Positions 1 to 7,556 of a stretch of 64,000 nt of DNA are shown in pieces (within the stretch, counting starts at the first letter, position 1; every line of letters starts with the position of its first letter). The translations under genes were made by a program, and so were the position numbers. A model generated the notes under the pieces. That model saw only the letters and a program-made list of their open reading frames with translations, was not told where the DNA came from and made no database searches. This stretch comes from Candidatus Multivorans sp. (GTDB lineage Bacteria; Acidobacteriota; Thermoanaerobaculia; Multivoradales; Multivoraceae), in contig OZ251997.1 in assembly GCA_965247095.1 (NCBI GenBank), forward strand, positions 1,024,001-1,088,000, given 5' to 3'.

Positions 1-2
1 GG

Positions 3-269
3 CGATGGCGCGGCGTGTTCGAGCCTCTGCAGGACGTATCCATTTTCAGGCAGTTCCGGCTTGAGCGTGAGTGGAACACCATCGTGTGGCCGACCGGTGC
101 CGATCTCGCCCCGGAGTACCTCTACGAGCAGGCGTCGAACAACCCGGTGGCCGGGGTGGAGCGGCAGCCCAAACAGGGGTCAGCGCAGGAACTTCCCGAG
201 CGTGCAGACGACACCAGTCTGGCTGCCGCGGTGGGAGGTTCGCGTGCGGCATCGGACGCCGAGCGCTGA
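3..269 (+). CDS. DUF2442-like protein (putative TA-module component), 5' end truncated by the window edge
   Basis: The frame is open from the window start. GVFEPLQD...TIVWPTGADLAPEYLY resembles the DUF2442 C-terminal signature. Confidence 0.7.
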   Translation, partial: RWRGVFEPLQDVSIFRQFRLEREWNTIVWPTGADLAPEYLYEQASNNPVAGVERQPKQGSAQELPERADDTSLAAAVGGSRAASDAER

Positions 270-271
270 CG

Positions 272-3193
272 GTGCCGAGGAAAAGCAGAGCCAAGAGGCC
301 CAAGCGGGTCGAGTCCTTTCGTCACGAGGAGGCGAAGCGGCCGAACTTGCCGTCGGCCGAGCACCAGGCCGTGATGTCGGCGGAGGACCAGAGACCCATC
401 CGAACGGCTATTGAGCGGCGGAACCTCGACCTCGACCCGCAGCTTGTCTGGCGCGGCAAGAACTACGACGAGGAGTTCGAAGTCCACGCGCCGCCGCTCT
501 TCATCCAGGAGAAGGTCCATCCCAAGGCGCTGATCGATGAGCTGAAGCGGGCATCGGCCGACGCGGAAGCGGCTGAAGCCCAGGTTTCTCTTTTCGACGA
601 CTTCAACGGCCTGCCGTCGTCCGAGGCTCGAACCGAGTTCTACCAGCACGACGCGAACTGGTCGAACAGGATGATCCTGGGCGATTCGCTCCAGGTCAAA
701 GCCTCACTGACCGACCGCGAGGGCCTGCGCGGCAAGGTCCAGTGCATCTACATCGACCCGCCCTACGGCATCAAGTTCAACTCGAACTTCCAATGGTCCA
801 CCACCAGCCGTGACGTGAAGGACGGCAAGGCGGACCACATCACCCGAGAACCGGAGCAGGTCAAGGCGTTCCGGGACACGTGGCGGGACGGGATTCACTC
901 GTACCTCAGCTACCTGCGTGATCGGCTCACGGTGGCGCGAGAGCTGCTGACCGAGAGCGGGTCGGTGTTTGTGCAGATCGGTGATGAGAACGTGCACCGG
1001 GTTCGAGCGTTGATGGATGAGGTGTTTGGGGAGGAGAACTTCGTTTCCCTCGTCCCGTTCGCCAAGACCAGTGGAGCCACTTCGAGTCAATTGGCGGCGA
1101 CGTGCGACTACCTGCTCTGGTACGCGAACGACAGGGATGCGTCTGTGGCGAAGTACCGACAACTGATGATCGAGGTGGATCCCATACCGAATCCTCGGGA
1201 ACGCTATGTGTGCGTCGAAACTGAAGAGGGTGAGATCATCGACCTCTCCCTAAAGCAGAAGCTGAATCCGGTCCTGAGGCCGGAAGGCAGAGTGCTCCGA
1301 CTTCGTCCTACCGACTCGCAGGGCGCGACGAACGACTCGCGGCGATCGGTTGAATGGAGCGGAAGGTCGTATTGGCCACCGCGAGGGCGCCACTGGAGCG
1401 TCACATCCTCAGAGATGAAGACGGTCGTCAGGAGCGGTCGGGCATTTGGCGTCGGCCGGACGCTGACTTGGAAGTACTATCGGGAGCCGAACTTCAATCT
1501 TGTCAACAATGACTGGATGAATCTCAAGAAATCCGGGTTCGGGTCCGCTCAGCTTTACGTTGTGGAGACGCTTGCCGCGGTTGTTGCTCGGTGCATCTTG
1601 ATGACCACGGATCCGGGCGACCTCGTCCTGGATCCAACGTGCGGCTCGGGTACGACCGCTTACGTCGCGGAGCAGTGGGGGAGGCGCTGGATCACGATCG
1701 ACACCTCCCGGGTAGCCTTGGCTCTAGCGCGGGCTCGCATCATGGGCGCGCGCTATCCCTACTACCTTCTCGCGGACAGCCGGGAGGGACAGCAGAAGGA
1801 GGCAGAGATCACCCGCACTGCGCCAAAGCAGGCGGAGACCTACGAGCGGCTGCGGCAGGGCTTCGTCTACGAGCGCGTTCCTCACATCACCCTCAAGGCG
1901 ATCGCCAATAACACGGAGATCGACGTCATCTGGGAGCGGCTGCAACCGGCCGTCGAGGCGGCACTGGTGCGACTGAACAAGGCACTCGCAGGTCACGGGG
2001 ACCCGTTCGCAGTGACCGTGGGCGGCCGCAAGGGCGCGACGATCGACTTCCGCGCACCAGCGGGCACAACGGTGAGCCTCCCCTCCGGCGAGGAGGCGCC
2101 AGCGAACGCCTTGCTCGAGTGGGAGGTCCCACGCGAGGCCCCGAATGACTGGTCGCCGGCGGCTTGTGAGGCCTTGGCAGCGTTCTGGAAAGCCCGTATC
2201 GCCCGCCAGAAGGAGATCGACGTGTCGATCGCCGCCAAGGCCGACTTCGAGTACCTGTACGACAAGCCCTACGAGGACAAGACGAAAGTCCGGGTCGCCG
2301 GTCCGTTCACGGTGGAGTCCCTGTCTCCTCACCGCTCTCTCCTCATCGACGAGGAGGACAACCTCGTGGATACGATCGGCGAGGCGCGGAAGACCAACGG
2401 AACCGGCCAGGACTTCGGCGGCATGATCCTGGAGCAACTTCGTACGGCCGGCGTTCAGCAGGCCCACCGTGCAGACCGAATCCAGTTCACGTCGCTCAGG
2501 CCCTGGCCCGGCAAGATGATTGCCGGCGAAGGTGCCTACGAGGAGGCTGGGACTGGGGAAGACCGGCGTGCCGGGATCCTGATCGGACCTGAGTTCGGCA
2601 GCGTGTCGCGCCCGGACCTGGTCGACGCAGCCCGGGAGGCCGCCGACGCCGGCTTTGACGTCCTCATCTCCTGCGCCTTCAGCTACGACGCCCACGCCTC
2701 CGAGTTCAGCAAGCTCGGGCGTGTACCGGTGCTGAAGGCACGGATGAACGCCGACCTGCACATGGCGGAGGACCTCAAGAACACCGGCAAGGGCAACCTC
2801 TTCGTCATCTTCGGCGAACCCGACATCGACATCCTGCCCGTGCCCGCCGACAACGGTGGCGAAGAGCAGTTCCGGGTCAAGATCAACGGCGTCGACGTGT
2901 TCGACCCCCGCACCGGCAAAGTCCGCAGCGACTCCGCCGACGGCATCGCCTGCTGGTTCATCGACACCGACTACAACGAGGAGAGCTTCTTTGTCCGTCA
3001 CGCCTATTTCCTCGGCGCCAACGACCCCTACAAGTCCCTCAAGACCACCCTCAAAGCCGAAATCGACCGCGAAGCCTGGGAGACGCTCCACAGCGACGCC
3101 TCGCGAGCCTTCCCGCGCCCCAACTCAGGCCGCATCGCCGTGAAGGTCATCAACCACCTCGGCGACGAGGTGATGAAGGTGTTCCGGGTCTAG
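272..3193 (+). CDS. Site-specific DNA methyltransferase, type III R-M Mod-like (beta class, N6A/N4C) with C-terminal extension
   Basis: The catalytic YIDPPY precedes the SAM-binding VLDPTCGSGTT (beta order), and NRMILGDSLQV is present. The likely start is GTG 272, just after the DUF2442 stop, in frame with ORF 71..3193. Confidence 0.92.
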   Translation: MPRKSRAKRPKRVESFRHEEAKRPNLPSAEHQAVMSAEDQRPIRTAIERRNLDLDPQLVWRGKNYDEEFEVHAPPLFIQEKVHPKALIDELKRASADAEAAEAQVSLFDDFNGLPSSEARTEFYQHDANWSNRMILGDSLQVKASLTDREGLRGKVQCIYIDPPYGIKFNSNFQWSTTSRDVKDGKADHITREPEQVKAFRDTWRDGIHSYLSYLRDRLTVARELLTESGSVFVQIGDENVHRVRALMDEVFGEENFVSLVPFAKTSGATSSQLAATCDYLLWYANDRDASVAKYRQLMIEVDPIPNPRERYVCVETEEGEIIDLSLKQKLNPVLRPEGRVLRLRPTDSQGATNDSRRSVEWSGRSYWPPRGRHWSVTSSEMKTVVRSGRAFGVGRTLTWKYYREPNFNLVNNDWMNLKKSGFGSAQLYVVETLAAVVARCILMTTDPGDLVLDPTCGSGTTAYVAEQWGRRWITIDTSRVALALARARIMGARYPYYLLADSREGQQKEAEITRTAPKQAETYERLRQGFVYERVPHITLKAIANNTEIDVIWERLQPAVEAALVRLNKALAGHGDPFAVTVGGRKGATIDFRAPAGTTVSLPSGEEAPANALLEWEVPREAPNDWSPAACEALAAFWKARIARQKEIDVSIAAKADFEYLYDKPYEDKTKVRVAGPFTVESLSPHRSLLIDEEDNLVDTIGEARKTNGTGQDFGGMILEQLRTAGVQQAHRADRIQFTSLRPWPGKMIAGEGAYEEAGTGEDRRAGILIGPEFGSVSRPDLVDAAREAADAGFDVLISCAFSYDAHASEFSKLGRVPVLKARMNADLHMAEDLKNTGKGNLFVIFGEPDIDILPVPADNGGEEQFRVKINGVDVFDPRTGKVRSDSADGIACWFIDTDYNEESFFVRHAYFLGANDPYKSLKTTLKAEIDREAWETLHSDASRAFPRPNSGRIAVKVINHLGDEVMKVFRV

Positions 3194-3239
3194 AGAGGGC
3201 GGGCGGTCGAGCGGGGTGAGTTTAGGCGCGACTTGCCGA

Positions 3240-3245
3240 TAGGCT
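3240..3245 (+). promoter_or_regulatory. Putative -10 box (TAGGCT) for a leaderless transcript
   Basis: TANNNT lies 7 nt upstream of ATG 3253, with no Shine-Dalgarno in between. Confidence 0.4.
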
Positions 3246-3252
3246 CGGCTGC

Positions 3253-4293
3253 ATGGCGATCACCCGACTACGGTTGCAGCGCTTCAGCGCATTCGACGAG
3301 TTCGACTTCGAGCCCTCTCCCGGCATCAACGTCCTCATAGGCGCCAACGGCACGGGCAAGACCCACCTGATGAAGGTCGCCTATGCCGCGTGCGACGTGA
3401 GCAAAACGGGGGCTTCCTTCGCCGAGAAGCTCCTCCGCGTGTTCCTGCCGTCCGGCGGTGCGTTGGGTCGCCTGGTCAAGCGGCAGCAGGGCAGTTCGCG
3501 CTGTCTTATCGAGGTTCATCGGCGTCGGGGCCAGAGCCTTGAAAAGCTGAGCGCTTCGTTCTCGAACCACGCGTCGGTGCCGAAGTCCGCGACCGTCAGG
3601 GGAGCGAAGGGCTGGTACGGCTCTCCACTGGAGAGCGTCTTCATTCCCGTCAAGGAGATGCTGGCCAACGCTCCAGGATTCCGCTCGCTCTACTCTCAGC
3701 GCGAAGTTCACTTTGAGGAAGTCTACGCGGACGTCCTCGACCGCGCCTTCCGCCCGGCACTGCGCGGCGCCCCGGACCAGGACCGGAAGCGACTGCTGGA
3801 CATCCTCCAGGGCGCCATGGCAGGCAAGGTCGCGGTGCGCAACGAGGAGTTCTTCCTCCGCAGCAAGCAGGGAAATCTGGAGTTCTCGCTTCTCGCGGAA
3901 GGTATGCGGAAGCTGGGCCTGCTTTGGCTGCTGATCCAGAACGGCACATTGCTGAAGGGCTCGGTGCTCTTCTGGGACGAGCCCGAGACGAATCTCCACC
4001 CTGGTCTCTTCGGGAGGCTCGCCGAAATCTTCGTTCAACTTCAGCGGGCAGGTATTCAAATCTTCCTAGCCACGCACGACTATACGGTCTTGAAGGAGCT
4101 CGACGTCAGGGCTGCGGGGCAGAGCGAGAACAAGATCATGTTCCACTCTCTGTATCGGGACGCCGACAACGGGAGGATCGGTTGTCAAACCTCGACGACC
4201 TACGCCGGCATCCACCCGAACACAATCGCGGATGTCTTCTCCGGTCTCTACGACCGGGAAGTGCAACGTAGCCTGGGCGACCTCGCCCGGTGA
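3253..4293 (+). CDS. ABC-type ATPase (AAA_21/AAA_15, OLD/AbiEii-like)
   Basis: Walker A GANGTGKT, signature-like LAEGMRKL, Walker B/D-loop LFWDEPETNLHP and H-loop ATHD are present. No TM segments. Confidence 0.88.
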   Translation: MAITRLRLQRFSAFDEFDFEPSPGINVLIGANGTGKTHLMKVAYAACDVSKTGASFAEKLLRVFLPSGGALGRLVKRQQGSSRCLIEVHRRRGQSLEKLSASFSNHASVPKSATVRGAKGWYGSPLESVFIPVKEMLANAPGFRSLYSQREVHFEEVYADVLDRAFRPALRGAPDQDRKRLLDILQGAMAGKVAVRNEEFFLRSKQGNLEFSLLAEGMRKLGLLWLLIQNGTLLKGSVLFWDEPETNLHPGLFGRLAEIFVQLQRAGIQIFLATHDYTVLKELDVRAAGQSENKIMFHSLYRDADNGRIGCQTSTTYAGIHPNTIADVFSGLYDREVQRSLGDLAR

Positions 4294-4802
4294 TCAGCCT
4301 GGAGGAAGGCGACCTCCGCGTCACCCTGCCGGGACCGGGAACGGTGAGAAAGTTCGACGCCCCGGCGGATCACGGGTTGAGCCACTGTATGAAGGCTGTG
4401 GACTTCGTCGTGGAGTTCGAGCGGCGGAGACTCTTCCTCGAGATCAAGGATCCGGAGCATCCGCGTGCCCGGCCAGCAGATCGGCGCGCTTTCGTGGGGC
4501 GATTCAAGTCGGACCAGTTGGACGGCGATCTGGTGCAGAAGTACCGTGACTCGTTTCTCTACGAGTGGGCTTGCGACAACCTCAAGAAACCGATTCACTA
4601 CTGGGTGCTGGTGGGTATCGACAGTCTGAGCGACTCGGATCTTCTCAGCAGGACGGACGCGCTCAGGAACAAGCTGCCGGCCGGGCCGGCGTCGGAGAGG
4701 TGGGTGCGGCCGATCGTGTCGCAGTGTTGCGTGTTCACTCCTGGGAGCTGGAACCGAACGCTCCCTGACGGCTACACGGTCACACGGGTGTCGTCGTCAT
4801 AG
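4290..4802 (+). CDS. Hypothetical protein, putative PD-(D/E)xK nuclease partner of the upstream ATPase
   Basis: The GTGA overlap with the ATPase stop suggests translational coupling. KAVDFVVE...LFLEIKD fits a D...ExK active-site pattern. Confidence 0.6.
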   Translation: MISLEEGDLRVTLPGPGTVRKFDAPADHGLSHCMKAVDFVVEFERRRLFLEIKDPEHPRARPADRRAFVGRFKSDQLDGDLVQKYRDSFLYEWACDNLKKPIHYWVLVGIDSLSDSDLLSRTDALRNKLPAGPASERWVRPIVSQCCVFTPGSWNRTLPDGYTVTRVSSS

Positions 4803-4930
4803 GAGGCTGCTACCGGGGCCCTGGCGCAATCAGTCGGCACCTTCGCTGCCAACGTATCCGAGACCGCCGGCACAGCCAACAGAGCCAGTTCTATTCGCGA
4901 GTAGCAAGGCACACGACATGAAGTGAGGCG

Positions 4931-5497
4931 ATGGCGAGGAGAGGGAGAACGAGCGGCAACCTGACGACCGTCATCGAGCGCGAAGGCACTCTCTACGTCG
5001 CGCGGTGTCTCGAATTCGACGTGGCGAGCCAGGGCGTCTCGGTCAGGGAGGCGAAATTGCAGCCGCCCCCTGCCGACTTGGTGTTCGAGTTGGGCGCAAT
5101 GATCGCCACCCACCGATGGTGCGCCCTCTCCAACGCTCTGGAGATCGCAGGGTGGATCTTCCAGAACGGGAGCGGCGAACACCGTGATCTGCTGCGGTCA
5201 CCGTGTCTTCAAGGACTCGCGTTTCTACGGCAGGTGCTTGCGTTTCAGGAGGATCCGAATCCGCGCCCCTTCACCGAACTGCCTGAAGTTGTCTCTGAGG
5301 ACGATGTCGACTTGCCGTGGCTCCGCTGGCGTTGCGTCGGGCTGGCGGCAGCGATGGATCTCGCCGGCCTCGGAGAAGAGAGCGCCGTCGCGGGGTGGTT
5401 GAAGGACGCGGAGAACGATCCCTTGCCGGAGCTCCGCTTCGCCGCGGAGGAATGGCGCAGCAGGCGCACGACGGAGGGCGAATCGGGCCACGAATGA
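4931..5497 (+). pseudogene. Chimeric remnant: HicB-like antitoxin N-terminus fused to the C-terminal fragment of an unrelated large protein
   Basis: LTTVIEREGTLYVARCLEFDVASQGVSVREAK is HicB-like. The sequence then switches abruptly (QPPP...) to a helical segment ending DPLPELRFA. Confidence 0.5.
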
Positions 5498-5649
5498 TGT
5501 CGCCTGCCCCGTCGTCCTCGTCTTAGCCCGAAGTTCTGAGGCTCCTGGGGCCTCCTCGTCGTCGAGAGGCGTTGCAGTGCTTGGGTTTTCGGGTGTTGGG
5601 CCGCCCCTGTTTTCTGCCATTGGTAGCCATGTAAGGATCTCGTGGCATG

Positions 5650-5678
5650 TAGACATTCTGAATGGTTTCGTCTACAAT
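5650..5678 (+). promoter_or_regulatory. Putative sigma70 promoter of the IS1634 transposase
   Basis: TAGACA (5650-5655), a 17-nt spacer and TACAAT (5673-5678), 8 nt before ATG 5687. Confidence 0.55.
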
Positions 5679-5686
5679 GAGAAGCC

Positions 5687-7405
5687 ATGTACATCGAACG
5701 GGTACCCAACCGAAACTCACCACCCGCCGTCCTGCTGAGAGAGTCCTACCGACAGGACGGAAAGGTCAAGAAACGCACTCTCGCCAACCTCTCCAAGTGG
5801 CCCGACCAACTCGTCGAAGGACTCAGAACCCTGCTCAAGGGAGGAGTCGCCCTGCCTTCGCTCGAGGCCGCCTTCGAAATCCTGCGCGCCAGACCGCACG
5901 GCCATGTCGCCGCCGTCCTCGGCGCGGCCCGAAGCCTCGGCATCGAACGACTCCTCGACCGACGGCCCTCGCGCGAACGGGCGCTGGCGCTGGCCATGAT
6001 CGCGGCCCGCATCCTCGAGCCGCGATCCAAGCTCGCCACCGCCCGCGGACTCGCGAGCGAGACCATGAGCCACACCCTCGGCGAGGAACTCGGCGTGCAG
6101 GAGGCCTCGGCCGACGAACTCTACGGCGCCATGGACTGGCTGCTCGAAAGACAGCCGCGCATCGAGCGGACTCTTGCCCGGCGGCATCTGGAAGACGGCT
6201 CGCTGGTGCTTTACGACGTGACCTCGGTCTACTTTGAGGGCAGGAAGTGCACGCTGGCCAGGCACGGCTACTCCAGGGACAAGAAGAGAGGCAAGGTCCA
6301 GATCGTCTTCGGCCTGCTCTGCAGCCGGGACGGATGCCCGGTCGCGGTCGAGGTATTCGAGGGCAACACGGCCGATCCGACGACCCTGAACGCCCAGGTG
6401 CAGAAGCTCCGCGACCGCTTCTCGCTGGAGAGGATCGTGATGGTCTCAGACCGGGGCCTGATCACCGACGCGCGCATCCGCGAGGACCTCGACCCCGCGG
6501 GCCTGTCCTGGATCAGCGCCCTGCGCGCGCCGGCGATCAGGACGCTGGCCCAGGAAGGCCACCTGCAACTGTCGCTCTTCGACCAGCGGAAGATGGCCGA
6601 GATCAGCGTCCCGGAGCTGTACCCCAAGGAGCGCCTCGTGGTGTGCCGGAACCCGCTTCTGGCGGAGGAACGCGGCCGCAAGCGCCAGGAGCTTCTCGAA
6701 TCCACCGAGCGCAAGCTCGACGCCGTCGTTGCGGCGACGCGGCGCAAGAAGAACCCCCTGCGCGGCAAGGACGCCATCGCCGTGCGCGCGGACCGCGCCC
6801 TGGGCGCCTACAAGGTCGGCAAGCACTTCGAGGTCGAGATCGAAGAGGACGGCTTCCAATACCGCCGCAACGAGGCGCGCATCGCCGAGGAAGCCGCTCT
6901 CGACGGCTTCTACGTCATCCGCACCAACGTCCCCGAAGACGAACTGCCGGCAGCCGATGCGGTCCGCGCCTACAAGAGCCTCAGCCGCGTCGAACGCGCC
7001 TTCCGCTCCTACAAGAGCGTCGACCTCAAAGTGCGCCCCGTCCACCATCGCCTAGCCTCGAGGGTACGCGCCCACGTCTTCCTCTGCATGCTCGCCTACT
7101 ACGTCGAGTGGCACATGCGCCGGACCCTGGCGCCCCTCCTCTTCGACGACCAACGCCGCGACGACCAACGCGAGTCGCCCGTCGATCCCGCGCGAAGGTC
7201 GCACGAGGCAATGACCAAGGCCAACTCCCGGAGGACCCCCGACGGACTCCCCGTCCACAGCTTCCAGACCTTGCTCGCCGACCTGGCCACGCTGACCCGA
7301 AACCGCGTGCGGATGCACGGCAAGGCCGACTCCACCGCCGACGTCCTCGCACGGCCCACTCCACTCCAGAACGAAGCCTTCAAACTACTCGGCATCCGCC
7401 CCTGA
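5687..7405 (+). CDS. IS1634 family DDE transposase
   Basis: N-terminus MYIERVPNRNSPPAVLLRESYR...KRTLANLS. Catalytic YDVTSVYFEG, SDRG and YKSLSRVERAFR motifs. 572 aa, uninterrupted. Confidence 0.95.
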   Translation: MYIERVPNRNSPPAVLLRESYRQDGKVKKRTLANLSKWPDQLVEGLRTLLKGGVALPSLEAAFEILRARPHGHVAAVLGAARSLGIERLLDRRPSRERALALAMIAARILEPRSKLATARGLASETMSHTLGEELGVQEASADELYGAMDWLLERQPRIERTLARRHLEDGSLVLYDVTSVYFEGRKCTLARHGYSRDKKRGKVQIVFGLLCSRDGCPVAVEVFEGNTADPTTLNAQVQKLRDRFSLERIVMVSDRGLITDARIREDLDPAGLSWISALRAPAIRTLAQEGHLQLSLFDQRKMAEISVPELYPKERLVVCRNPLLAEERGRKRQELLESTERKLDAVVAATRRKKNPLRGKDAIAVRADRALGAYKVGKHFEVEIEEDGFQYRRNEARIAEEAALDGFYVIRTNVPEDELPAADAVRAYKSLSRVERAFRSYKSVDLKVRPVHHRLASRVRAHVFLCMLAYYVEWHMRRTLAPLLFDDQRRDDQRESPVDPARRSHEAMTKANSRRTPDGLPVHSFQTLLADLATLTRNRVRMHGKADSTADVLARPTPLQNEAFKLLGIRP

Positions 7406-7556
7406 AGTCGACGTACCCAGTACAAGACACCGCCGAACAACTGAAAACGCCCACCACTACAGGCGATTTCACGACTTGAAGCTCAGAACTTCGGCTTAGC
7501 GCGCGTAACTCGCGTCGAACAAGCAACACTGCGGCTCCCATAGGCTACGCGGCGCT

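Larger units (their letters stand above)
5528..7494 (+). mobile_element. IS1634-family insertion sequence, complete (1967 bp)
   Basis: Perfect 13-bp TIRs CCGAAGTTCTGAG (5528-5540) and CTCAGAACTTCGG (7482-7494), flanked by the 6-bp direct repeat CTTAGC (5522-5527 and 7495-7500). Confidence 0.93.

Noticed and set aside
71-271. N-terminal extension of the methyltransferase ORF
   Set aside because: It overlaps the DUF2442-like gene and is low-information. GTG 272, right after that stop, gives a typical N-terminus.
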